From Squalus acanthias (lineage: Eukaryota): a stretch of DNA of 64,000 bases. Of this stretch, positions 12,300 through 23,908 are shown one piece after another. Made by a program: the position numbers and the translations under genes. The DNA lies in the NCBI GenBank assembly GCA_030390025.1, contig CM059432.1, forward strand, positions 114,082,001-114,146,000, in the 5' to 3' direction. The notes below the pieces were generated by a model, which made no database searches, was not told the DNA's origin, and saw nothing but the letters and a program-made list of their open reading frames with translations. How positions within the stretch are numbered: the first letter of the stretch is position 1; every line of letters starts with the position of its first letter.

Positions 12300-15055
12300 A
12301 GATTCATAGAATGCATGTACGTAAACGCACAAAGTGTGGTGAATAAGGTTGGTGAGCTACAAGCACAATTAGCCGTGTGGCAATATGATGTTGTGGCAAT
12401 AACGGAAACGTGGCTTAAAAATGGTGAGGACTGGGCACTTAATATTCAAGGGTACAAGGTGTTCCGAAAAGATAGGGAAGGAAAAAAGGGAGGTGGGGTG
12501 GCAGTGCTGATTAAGGAAGACATTGTAGTGTTGGAAAGGGAGGATGTTCTTGAGGGGACAAGGACAGAATCCATTTGGTTAGAGTTGAGGAGCAAAAAGG
12601 GTATGATCACGCTATTGGGGGTATTCTACAGGCCTCCAAGTCGTGAGAGGGAGGTAGAGGAGCAAATCTGCAGGGAAATCGCAGAGATATGCAAGAGCTA
12701 TAGAGTGATGATATTGGGGGACTTTAATTACCCAAATATCGATTGGGATAATGCTAGGGTAAAGGTAAAGGAGGGGAGGAATTTCTGAAATGTGTTCAGG
12801 AGAGTTTCCTTGACCAGTATGCTCTTGGCCCAACTAGGAAGGAGGCATTGCTGGATCTGGTGCTGGGGAATGAGGTGGGCCAGGTCAACCAGGTCTGTGG
12901 GAGAACACTTGGGTATGAGTGATCATCGTATCATAAGATTTAGATTAGCAATGGAGAGGAGCAAGGAACTTCTAAACTGGAATAGGGCTAACTTCAATGG
13001 GATGCGAAAGGATCTAGCCAGGTTAAAATGGAACCAAAGATTGACAGGAAAAACTGTAACGGAACAATGGGTGATCTTTAAGGAGGAGATGTTCCAAGTA
13101 CAGGCTAGGTGCATTCCAACAAGAGGGAAGGGTAAGGGAACCAAAGCAAGGGCTCCTTGGATGACGAGGGAGATAGAGAAGATGATGAAACAAAAAAAGA
13201 GGGTGTATGATGAATGTCAGATGAATTCTTCAAGGTAGAACCAGACCAAATACAATAAGTTGAGAGGGGAAATGAAGATGAAAATAACATTGGCAGAGAG
13301 AGTAGAATGGCAGTTAACATAAAAGGGAAACCAAAAATCTTCTACCGGCATGTAAACAGTAAGCGGGTAGTAAGAGACGGGGTGGGGACAAAGAAGGTGA
13401 TATATGCTTAGAGGCTAGAATACTCAATGAGTACTTTGTGTCAGTGTTTACTAAGGAGGTGGATGCTGACAAAATATCGGTAGAAGTGGAAAAGGTAGAA
13501 GCAATGGAAGAGGTGAAAATTGATAGACAGGATGTACTAGAAAGGCTGGGTATGCTTAGAGTGGATAAGTCGCCTGGTCCAGATGGCTTGCATCCCAGGT
13601 TGCTAAGGAACTTGGGGGAGGAGATAGCGGAAGGGTTTGCCATAATTTTCCAATCTTCCCTAGATGCGGGGGAGGTGCCTGAGGATTGGAAAGTGACAAA
13701 TGTGACACCATTGTTCAAGAAAGGGTGTAAGGACAATCCTAGTTACTACAGGCCGGTCAGTTTAACATCAGTGGTGGGTAAAGTTTTAGAAACAATAATC
13801 AAGGAAAAAATTAACGGGCATTTGGAGAGGTTTAAGCTAATTAAGGAGAGCCAACACGGATTTGTAAAAGGCAGATCGTATTTGACTAATCTAATTGAAT
13901 TTTTTGATGAAGTAACAGGGAGAATTGATGAAGGGAATGCAATCGAAGTTGTCTACATGGATTTTCGGAAGGCGTTTGACAAAGTATCACATAGAAGGCT
14001 GGTTAAGAAAATTGAGGCTCATGGAATAGTTGGGTCAGTGGCAGCTTGGATAAGAAATTGGCTTAAGGACAGAAAAAAACGAGTTGTGCTAAATGGTTGT
14101 TTTTCAGACTGGAGGATGGTAGACAGTGGTGTTCCCCAAGGGTCAGTACTGGGGCCACTACTTTTTTTGATATATATAAATGACCTGGATATTGGAATAC
14201 AGAGTAGAATTTCCACATTTGCTGATGACACCAAACGTGGGGATGTGGCAAACAGTGAGGATGATACCAATTGACTGCAACAGGACATAGAAAGGCTAGC
14301 AGAATGGGCAGACAAGTGGCAGATGGAATTTAATACAGAGAAGTCTGAGGTGATGCATTTTGGCAGAAGGAACAGGGAGAGGCAATATACACTTACTGGC
14401 ACAGTTTTAAAGAGTGTGCAGGGACAGAGGGACCTGGGAGTTAATGTGCATAGGTCCCTGAAGGTGGCAGGACATCTTGAGAGAATGGTTAGCAAAGCAT
14501 ATGGGATCTTGGGCTTCATAAATAGAGGTATTGAATACAAAAGTAGAGAAGTTATGCTGAACCTTTATAAAGCACTGGTTAGGCCACAATGGAGTATTGC
14601 ATCCAGTTCTGGTCACCACACTTTAAGAAGGATGTGAAGGCCCTTGAGAGGGTACAGAGGAGATTTACCAGAATGGTTCCAGGGATGGGGGATCTTAGCT
14701 ACAAGGACAGATTGGAGAAGCTGGATTTGTTTTCATTAGAGCAAAGGAGGTTGAGGGGTGATTTGATAGAGGTGTACAAGATTATGACGGGTTTGGATAG
14801 GCTAGACGGGGAAAGGCTGTTTCCACTAGTTAATGGTGCAAGGACTAGGGGACACAGATTTAAGTAATTGGGCAAGAGATACAGGGGGGATGTGAGGAAA
14901 AAAATGTTTACGCAGCGAGTGGTGAGGACCTGGAACTCGCTGCTGACGGAAGTGGTGGAAGCGGAGAAACTTAATGTTTTCAAGGGGAGACTGGATAGGC
15001 ACTTGAGGGAAATAAACTTGCAGGGCTACGGGGATAGAGCGGGGAATGGGACTGA
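12300..15055 (+). pseudogene. CR1 ORF2: APE endonuclease plus reverse transcriptase, several stops and frameshifts
   Basis: [61 protein letters not shown]. Confidence 0.95.
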
Positions 15056-15129
15056 CTGGATTGCTCTGCAGAGAGCCGGCGCGGACTCGATGGGCCGAAT
15101 GGCCTCCTTCTGTGCCGTTATGACTCTAT

Positions 15130-16022
15130 GGGGGAAAAATTCAGTTGGTTGCGCCTCCCGTTAGCGCCTTAAGAGGGCGCTAATGGGGCGCAAAGCAGCT
15201 AGTGCCCGGGCGCGGCGAAGTTTGCGCCGCTCGCGAAATTAACTAGACATTTTGCGGCGGCGCTAAACACTACCGCCACGATCTCCTGCGCCGGCAGATC
15301 GTGACGTCAAACGAGTGTGCAACGCCCCGGTATCGCCCCGGAGCGGATATTGAGTGGCGGCCCCTGCCTTACCGCCTGACGCTAGCAACGACAGGTTGAT
15401 AGGAGCGTTCTTCTGTCATGAAGGGAAAGGGGAAGTGCTATTTAAAGGTGACCGCTTCCTGCCTTTTATTGTTGGTGCCATTTTTGAACTACGCATTCTG
15501 AGAGAGAGTGAGAGAGACTTCTGGAGAGATTCAACGTTGTGTGAAGGAGTTTTGGGTACTGAGCAGCACTTTGCAGGTTCATTTTGATTTGCCATTCCTT
15601 GTATCGATTTAGAAGAGACTGTGGGGGCTGCACTCTGAGCTCTTTGCCTGGTACTCTCCATTGTTCTTTCCAGCAGATTTGATGTGCAGGTCTCTCCAGG
15701 ACGAGATTCAAGGCTGCAATGAGCAGGATGTGGATGGAAAGCACGATTAACCATCCCCTTTAAGAACTGGCCCGTGCCATTGTGTGTGTGTTCCATTGCT
15801 GACTGACATTACATGAGCTTCGCCAGCGCTCTGAGTTAGCGCCTCACTCCTCAGCCTTTGCGCCTTAAGACAGGTGTGCAGCGCCTGATTTAGCGCTCCA
15901 ATCACCTCCCGGGGCGTTAAAAGTGAAGTTTGCAGTCAGTGGCGATAATTAGCGCCAGGCGCTAATCTTTGCGCCCGGACGATATTTGCGCCCCAAATGG
16001 GGCGCGACTGAATTTTTCCCCC
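15130..16022 (-). mobile_element. Non-autonomous Harbinger derivative (893-bp MITE), inverted relative to the 2809-6802 element
   Basis: Perfect 16-bp TIR GGGGGAAAAATTCAGT; TSD TAT (15127-15129, 16023-16025); both arms match the ends of the 2809-6802 element. Confidence 0.92.
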
Positions 16023-16032
16023 TATGACTCTA

Positions 16033-16909
16033 TGAATCGCTGTTAGATACCTTCGTGCTCCTGATGATGTGAAACTCCAGAAACTCCTCGTCCTGCTGCT
16101 TCTCTTCAACGGTATGTAGTGTCTGGCGATTTCTACTTCTAGCATTGCCAGTCGGTTTACTCTTCTGTCAGCACGCCTTTGCAAGATGCTTAGTTTTCTT
16201 GCAGTAGAAACACTCTGCCTTCACATATGGACAGCTTTGAGCGATGTGTTGTCCCAGGCACCGATAGCACGACTTCAATGCACTGTTACCTTGGCCAGTT
16301 GCTGAGACCTTGGGACCCAACTGCCTTTTACTTTTAGCCTGCAGCCGATTCACCTCGGTTGTCTGACGACTGGAAATGGCGCAAAACTCTCGGGAGTATC
16401 AGTTAGCTATATCCATCGAATAGCTGTCTGACAAGCTAAGTCAAAAGTCAACAATTTACTTCTGATGCGTTCATTTTTCAACCCACAAACAAAGCGGTCA
16501 CGCAAAGCTCAGTCCTGAAAGTTTCCGAAATGACAGTGAATGGATAGCTTTTTCAAAGATACAATGTACTCACTGATACCCTCGTCATTTAATTGATCGC
16601 GTGTTTCAAAACGATAACTTTCAGCAATTTCCAGGGGCTCAGGACTGTAGTGCGAGAATCTCCTTCAGTGAAGTGTCCTTCGGCTTGGCGGGAACAAGCA
16701 AATTTTTCAGGGTTTCATACACCTCGGGGCCTGCTTCATTCAAAAAAATAGTCTGTTTCATTTCTAAAACCGCCCGGTTACGGTTTACATCATCGGGGAC
16801 TTCGACGATACTATTCGCGGTGAAAAACATTTCTAGCAGCTCCACATACGCTCCGAAAGTCTCTCGGTCGCAATCGAACTCACCCTATTATTCCCCTAGG
16901 CGCCGCCAT
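16033..16909 (-). pseudogene. Gypsy gag with two zinc knuckles, disrupted
   Basis: ATG at 16909; LEMFFTANSI...GPEVYETLKNLLVPAKP; CYRCLGQHIAQSC and CFYCKKTKHLAKAC. Confidence 0.85.
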
Positions 16910-17060
16910 CTGCACTCTGACAACGTTGACAGTTCAACCACGTGTGCTCGTAATTACCTCAGATTTTTAAGTTTTTTCTGCAAAATGAAGAATATCTAAT
17001 CGTCCCTCCATCGGTTGGCAGGATTATCCGCCAACAAAAATTTCAGCTAGGGAATCTGCA

Positions 17061-17078
17061 ATCCCATCCTCGTCGTCA
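17061..17078 (-). promoter_or_regulatory. Primer-binding site complementary to the tRNA-Ser 3' end
   Basis: Minus strand TGACGACGAGGATGGGAT, one mismatch from the complement of the recalled vertebrate tRNA-Ser(GCT) end ...ATCCCATCCTCGTCGCCA; lies just inside the LTR. Confidence 0.75.
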
Positions 17079-17084
17079 ATTCTC

Positions 17085-17194
17085 TGATATCTTGGGACAC
17101 AGTATATATGCACAACATGGCTTTCGGTCAGAACTGTACTGCACATGGCTTTATTATTATATAAATCAGTAGTCCACCAGGTGGCTCTATTACA
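17085..17194 (-). repeat. 5' LTR of the Gypsy element (about 110 bp)
   Basis: Minus strand TGTAA...TATCA with TATATAA and AATAAA; adjoins the PBS; interrupts a CR1 at LYKALVRPH. Confidence 0.75.
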
Positions 17195-17365
17195 GTGTGG
17201 TCTAACCAGGGCTTTGTACAGCTGCAGCATAACTTCTACCCCCTTGTATTCAAGTCCCCTAGATAGCATTCCATTAACCTTTTTGATTATTTTCTGCACC
17301 TGTCCATGACATTTTAATGATCTATGTACCTGGACGCTCAAGTCTCTTTGGACCTCCACTCTCCA
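17195..17365 (-). mobile_element. CR1 ORF2 C-terminal fragment (host of the Gypsy insertion)
   Basis: QRDLSVQVHRSLK...GLEYKGVEVMLQLYKALVRPH. Confidence 0.8.
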
Positions 17366-17426
17366 AGAGCGCAAAGCATCATAGTATTGTCCTGACCCTG
17401 GAGCCTGGGCGCTAACTTGATAACAC

Positions 17427-17850
17427 GGGCATAGTGGTTAGCACTGGTGCCTCACAGCGCCAGAGACCCGGGTTCGAATCTGACCTTGGGTGACTGTCTG
17501 TGTGGAGTTTGCACATTCTCCCCATGTCTGCGTGGGTTTCCTCCGGGTGCTCCGGTTTCCTCCCACAGTCCAAAAATGTGTGGGTTAGGTTGATTTGGCT
17601 ATGATAAATTGACCCTTAGTGTTAGGGGGGATTAAATATGTGGGGTTATGGGGATAGGATGGGATATGTTAGGGGGAATTAAATACGTGGGGTTACGGGG
17701 GTAGGGTGGGATATGTGTACTGTGGGGATTAAAGCAGGGACAGGGTACTGGATTTGGATGATCAGCCATGATCGTATTGAATGGCGGAGCAGGCTCGACG
17801 GGCCGAATGGCCTACTCCTGCTCCTAGATTCTATGTTTCTATGTTTCTAT
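17427..17850 (+). mobile_element. tRNA-derived V-SINE (HE1-like) with CR1-type 3' tail
   Basis: A/B boxes (AGTGGTTAGC, GGTTCGAATC), central GTGGAGTTTGCACATTCTCCCC...GGGTTTCCTCCGGGTGCTCCGGTTTCCTCCC, CR1-like 3' end with TTCTATGT repeats. Confidence 0.8.
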
Positions 17851-18430
17851 AAGGTGAGTCTTCTTGAGAGCGTGCTCTGGAATGCCAAACAGTATAACTC
17901 TCCTCACACCCAGTTCAAGCAGCAACATGTTCACTTTGCAGAGTCATCAAAAACAGATCAAGTGTTGTTTCATTATTTGCCCATATTCAAGCCTCTACGT
18001 TAGGTTGCCAGTTTTTCCTTGCACTTCTCTCTACCCCCACCCTCACTGCCCCCCACCTTTGCAAAGACTAAGGGCTAGAAATTCGTTATAACTAAGGAAT
18101 GGCCGGTGTCAGTCGAAAAGTTGGAGAGTTAGAGCCAGGCGCAAAAGCTTTAGACTGCACGCAAAATTCGTGCTCACTGCTCAATAAAATGATTGGAGTC
18201 CTAAATCAAGTCCTAAAACCAAAGCTTATTGGTGTTACATTCAAAGGGTGGACCAATATCGGGTGCAGTCTAATCACGACTCATCATTGCCATAGGCTTT
18301 TGTCACTTCTTAAAGGGAAGGTTCATTGAAGCTGTAGCCCTTCATTCTCAGCATTGCTGGCTGTGCAGCTGCCTCAGCAAGCAGAAGCAGGACAAGGAGA
18401 AGGAGCCAGAGGACTGACCCAGGTGTGGTC

Positions 18431-20333
18431 ATAGCAGATCCACGCCCCAGGGAGAGAGCCCGCAGATTCTCCGATGAAGCATTGGAGGCATTGGTTTTCG
18501 CTGTGGAAAGACGGAGGGCAGTGTTCTACCTGGCAAGTGGCAGGGGGCCCTCGCCACAAGTCTTCCGCACCATGTGGAGGGAGGTAGCGCAGCATGTCTC
18601 CGGCAGCACTGTGGTCCCCAGGACCCACAGACAGTGCAAGAAGAAATTTACCGACCTCACTCAGGTGGTCAGGGTGAGTGAATGCTTCAACAAATGCTAA
18701 ATACCACCATCTGAACCACAATCTTCACACACTGCCCAAAGCACCACACTCCCAGCACTCACCCACCAACAATCTCTACCGACCAACACTCATACCCATA
18801 TCTCACACCGTGCACACAATGACAACTATTCAACTATGGCAGGCACATCACCCAAACACATTGCTCCACACTCACTCACACACTTTCCTTTCTCTTGCAG
18901 GCCAAGGTGGCTCACAACAGGAGGGAGCAGGAGCTCACAGGCGGGGGACAAGCCAACACCCAACCACTGTCTGAGCTGGAGAATCGCGTCCTGCAGATTA
19001 TTGGGCGCCAGGTGGTGGGCGCCGTGGCCACCGGCGACATTGACCCCCTTGGGGACAGCAATGGTATGTTCATCCCTAGTCCTTCTTCTCACATCCCACT
19101 TCCCCTTCACACCACAAGAGTTTCACACATCCCAGCTAATCATGCTGTAAGCATGCATTTCTCCCTTCCTGCCCCCTCCCCTCACCTGAACCCAACTCTT
19201 GTGCCTTTATGCTTTCAGATAATGAGCAAGAAACTAAGCAGGCCGTCCCCAACGGTATCGTTGAGAGCAAGGTGGGAGAGGAGGAGGAGGAAGAACACAC
19301 CACATCACCACATGTCTCGCCTGCAGGCACCAGCTCAGATACTGGCACTGCACATTCTTCAGAGGCTAGTGTAGTAGCAGGATCTGCACAGGGTGAGTCA
19401 CCGGGGATGAGCGGGCTGCAGCAAGGCCGGGGGAAAGGGTAGCTCGGGTGCCAGCTCCTGAGTTCAGCTGCACAGGACTCAGATGAGGACCTCGATGGGA
19501 AGGCCTTTAGAAGAAGGGTGATGGGCATACACACAGAGATGATAGGTGCAATGGCAAGGGTGCCCGAGAACCTCTCAGCAATGGTGAGGAGTGTGGAGGA
19601 GTCCACCTCCAACATTGCACAGAGCTCTGTGCACACCATGGAGCCCATCATTTCCAGTTTGCAAAGGATGGTAGACTCGCAGAGAGACTGTGGCGACCCA
19701 GACCTGATGCCACGTGTGATAGGCAATCTGGCAGCTTCCATTGCAGCACAGGCAGAAGTGACCCAACGTCTTAGTGCTGTAATGCAGTCTATGCTTGGTG
19801 GCATCGATTCTCAGACTGCTCTCATGCAGTCTCAGCTTGATGCCACACAAGCTCTGACATCTGCCATCGTGGCTGGGTCTACCACCATCCACCGGGGCTT
19901 TCACGGTGTCACAGAAGGCCAGCAATCTGTGCTCCAACAGATTGGTAGTGATGCTGAGGTGCTGCCCCGGGGGAGTGGCAGTGGGTCAGTGGAGCAGGAA
20001 GCTGCTGTCCTCTCTCCGGATGACAGCATTCCTGCTCCCACCACTGGCACTCCGCCATTTCCCTTGTCGCTGCCTGTCATCCAGCCACCCCAGACTGCTG
20101 CCGCCCATGCTGCAGTGATGCAGTCTACAGCCGTGCCTTCCAGGCCCAGAGCTGGTCGAGGGCGTCCTGCAAGGCCATCTGAAGTCTCCCGCACGGACAT
20201 TCAGCAGCCTTCCACCAGCCCTGCTGCAGCCAACGGGCCAACACTTCATAGGAGCACTAGAGTAGGCAAAGGCACAGTAACGACAGGCACTAAGGGATTG
20301 CACAAGAGTGAACAGTTAATATTGTTGTTGTAA
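18431..20333 (+). pseudogene. Harbinger Myb/SANT-like gene, 3 exons (18431-18673, 18901-19063, 19219-20333)
   Basis: RFSDEALEALV...WREVAQHVS...RTHRQCKKKFTDL; donors gtgagt and gtatgt, ag acceptors; probable ATG>ATA at the start; TAG at 19440-19442. Confidence 0.87.
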
Positions 20334-20480
20334 ATATACGTTCACTGATTATTGATAAATTTATTAATTCAGTTTGGACTCTTTTGTGGTGTGTCTCATT
20401 TCAGCTTTGCACTGTGAAATGGCCTGTGACAGGGATGGAATGATGGGGAGGTGGTGAGCAACGGGGATCTGGGGTTTAAC

Positions 20481-21125
20481 TTATTCGAACCGCAGTCTGA
20501 TGAAGCAGTCATAGATCGCCCTTCCGGGAAGCCGATTGAGTGGCTGCCTCCTCCCTCGCACCTGTTCCTCCTCATCTTCCTCTTCCTCCTCATCCTCCTC
20601 CTCTGCTCCCTCTTCCTCCTCCTGAGGTGATCCTGCAATCCCTGGTGGCAAGGGCTGGGCCCTCATGATGGCCAAGCTGTGCAGCATGCAGCAGACCACA
20701 GCAAAATGGGACACTGAAGGGCTCCTCCTGAGCGGTCAAGGCAGCGGAAACATTGCTTGAGCACCCCGATGGTCTGCTCGATGATGTTCCTGGTAGCAGC
20801 ATGGCTGTCATTATATGAGTGCTGGGCAGGAGTGTTGGGATTGCGGAGGGGAGTCATGAGCCAGGTGGCGAGCGGATAGCCCTTGTCTCCGACCAGCCAG
20901 CCACGAGCTTGACGTGGTGGCTGGAAGAGTACTGTCACACCACTCTGGCGCTGGATGAAGGCATCATGGCTGCTGTCAGGATAGCGGGCATTGACGGTGA
21001 GGATTCACTGTGCGTGGTCGAACTCCAACTGCGCATTAAGTGAGTGGTAGCCTTTGCAGTTACAGAAAATCTCAGGGTTGTTATGCGGTGCCCACAAAGC
21101 CATGTGGGTGCAGTCAATGGCGCTA
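20481..21125 (-). pseudogene. Harbinger DDE transposase, C-terminal half
   Basis: AIDCTHMAL, GWLVGDKGYPLATWLMTP, RNIIEQTIGVLKQCFRCLD, VCCMLHSLA, acidic tail. Confidence 0.9.
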
Positions 21126-21718
21126 CGGTGGTGGTGGTGGTGGTGGGGGGCGGATTTGGCGTGCTGCGCTGGATTTGCCGCGCCCTGGCGATTCTGGTCT
21201 AGCGCCCCATTAGCGCCATCTACTGGCGCTAATGGGTGGCGCTAAGGGGACAAATTTTTCCCCCTAAATGTGACAAATAGTCAAGTCCATTTTCAATCTT
21301 TGTAAACGATAATGTTTATGCACCTTTAATTGGGCACATCACTTTAAATTTGAGCTTCTGGTCAGATTTTCTACATGCCCTATTAGGCTAGCTGTCAGCA
21401 CAAGGCCAATGCTGTGCTGGGAGCTTATGCTAATTATTGAAATGACCTGATCCTGCAAGATTACATGCAATGTGCAGTGGGATAGATTTACGATGGCAGA
21501 TGGCCATTATCGGCACAGCAGCAGTTGCAATATCTGGGCTTTATTGTCAGGAAGTATAGCTTGCTATGGGACAATCAACTTAAAAAACATTTACTGCTAT
21601 CCAAACCTTTGTTTGTTGTTATACAGTTGGCACTTAGGCAACGTTGTGGATTAGTCCAAGTTCCAATGATACCCCACAATTTAGGACTGTTTACTGTTAC
21701 CCATTTACCATATAGAAT

Positions 21719-22278
21719 TGTTGGTGAAAAATTAATTCACTCGAGTCTGTCTCAAAGCAAAAGATCACAGTTTATTATTCAAAGCGCTCTGGGAGAAGGG
21801 TCATAGCCTCGCGGTCTAGTGACCAGCTTTTCAATTTAATAGTGGCAGCCAAGCTTCTTTATACACTTCAAGAAGCCAGAAAATACAAACATCAGCACAG
21901 TTATTACATCATGAGCGACCCTTAGGGTCTCTAAAAACAACTTGATTAGAATCTTACAATGTTAGCGAAACTCATCCACCACTTCTGCTTTTGTCTAATA
22001 GTGGTCAGCCACCTGCACTGCAAGGTTTCATTCTTACGCCTATCGAGGTTAGTTTATTATAGAAAACAATGATTCACGTTTTGTTCTGCAGTGTCTGCAT
22101 TGTCTATACCGCAGACCAAGCAAGCTGGTCTCTATCTAATTATACCCCTGTCTCCATCGGCTTGTAGCCTTCGGGAGATACTTTGACCTTTACTATAGTC
22201 CTTTAAGCAGTTCAACTAATCTTAAACATTACAACTGATTTGCCCTTACATTATTACAATTAATTTTTTACCCTTACA
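21719..22278 (-). mobile_element. Solo LTR (560 bp)
   Basis: TG...CA termini, 4-bp TSD GAAT (21715-21718, 22279-22282); minus-strand TATAAAAG (~21860) upstream of AATAAA (~21773). Confidence 0.7.
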
Positions 22279-22998
22279 GAATGTTTCCTTTATTTTCTAT
22301 TCGGATGTGTTATTAACGTGTTCCATAACTGCTGTGCTCTCATATCTACATCAGGTGTTTCCTGTAAATCGTACCTTTGTTTTCTATATTTCCATTTGGT
22401 TACTTATCTGCCTTTGTGGGTCCATCCTTTGGTCCATCTATATGCCCACCACAAATGTTGCTTTTAGCCATCTACTGGAATGCTTGCAACAGTGTGGATG
22501 ATATTCCCTCTCCTGTGTGGGGAGACTTATGCTTGGTTCCATCTCATGCAATGTGCCTATGATTGGGTACTCAGTGGAGTTGTGTCCCTATCTTTGTCTT
22601 TCCCCTCTGTAGAGCTCTAATATACAGGGCCATTATGACACCCTTTCAGGATTTATTTTAATAATCCTAGGTTATTCTATAACTTACTGTTTTCCTTCAA
22701 GTTGTTTCTCTTTTTTGGTACTTTGCTTATACTTGCTGTTTATCTTTTCTAACAACATCCTCGTCTGTTGTTTGTATTTTTTGTTCATCTTTCAATATTT
22801 CTCTGGCTTTCCTCTGTCAATCTCTTTACTTCTATATATTTTCTTTTACTTTTGCCATATCTTCCTTTATTTGTCTCCCTCCCTCCTCCATTGTTTATTC
22901 CCGATGACCACTCCATGCCTCTTATTCCCCCAGAAGTAACAGGTCCGCAAAAAAGCGTTGGCCAGGTATTGTTGTGGCCATTCAACAATTCATGTCTG

Positions 22999-23498
22999 CT
23001 TCACCCTGTCACCTCCCTGTCATCCTTCACCCTGTCACCTCCCTGTCACCCTTCACCCTGTCACCTCCCTGTCACCCTTCACCCTGTCACCTCCCTGTCA
23101 CCCTTCACCCTGTCACCTCCCTGTCACCCTTCACCCTGTCACCTCCCTGTCACCCTTCACCCTGTCACCTCCCTGTCATCCTTCACCCTGTCACCTCCCT
23201 GTCATCCTTCACCCTGTCACCTCCCTGTCACCCTTCACCCTTTCACCTCCCTGTCACCCTTCACCCTGTCACCTCCCTGTCACCCTTCACCCTGTCACCT
23301 CCCTGTCATCCTTCACCCTGTCACCTCCCTGTCATCCTTCACCCTTTCACCTCCCTGTCACCCTTCACCCTGTCACCTCCCTGTCATCCTTCACCCTTTC
23401 ACCTCCCTGTCACCCTTCACCCTGTCACCTCCCTGTCATCCTTCACCCTTTCACCTCCCTGTCACCCTTCACCCTGTCACCTCCCTGTCATCCTTCAC
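22999..23498. repeat. 26-bp minisatellite, about 19 copies (TCACCCTGTCACCTCCCTGTCAYCCT)
   Basis: Direct tandem repeats. Confidence 0.95.
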
Positions 23499-23908
23499 CA
23501 TGTCGATCCACTTCTTTCTATCCCTCTTCTTTGGGTTATCAATCTGGATGTCACTCACCCACCACTCTGCCACCCTCTCTCCATCTACCCCATAAACCCC
23601 GCCCCCCCCTGTCTTTCTATCGCCCATCTAGTCTGCTTCTGTAAATCTCTACCCTGCCTAGCTTTCACAGTAGGAATCAGAAATACTGCTGGGAGGCAGG
23701 GATATCCCAAGCTCTCCTGCAAACTAGTCTATTCTTACTTAAGGGAATTATAATACGAGAGAAACAGGACCAGGCTTCTCTTCCAACTGGCATTCAGTGG
23801 CTCTTGTTGGGAGAATAGGAGCCAGCAAATATTTACAAAGGTAGATTTGGGGAAAGGGAAGAAAAGTTTGTATCAAAACCCGATAGCACATGGAAATCCC
23901 TGGACATA

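Larger units (their letters stand above)
7328..16032 (+). mobile_element. Full-length CR1 LINE (5' tandem array, 5' UTR, ORF1, ORF2, (TATGACTC)n tail) containing a nested MITE
   Basis: TGAAT duplicated at 7323-7327 and 16033-16037; Gypsy frame ...SNSDSRGMVNQV... is restored on removal; ORF1/ORF2 motifs; octamer tail. Confidence 0.88.
747..17194 (-). mobile_element. Gypsy/Ty3 LTR retrotransposon, decayed, 3' end deleted, split by nested insertions
   Basis: Minus-strand order LTR, PBS, gag (two zinc knuckles), protease, RT, RNase H, integrase; the reading frame rejoins across both insertions once one TSD copy is removed. Confidence 0.9.
18072..21264. mobile_element. Second PIF/Harbinger transposon (diverged subfamily), transposase 5' half deleted
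   Basis: TSD TAA (18069-18071, 21265-21267); imperfect TIRs GGGCTAGAAATTCGT / GGGGGAAAAATTTGT; same convergent two-gene layout. Confidence 0.88.

Noticed and set aside
22768..23753. ORFs of 228-275 aa
   Set aside because: They are read-through of the 26-bp minisatellite in three frames.
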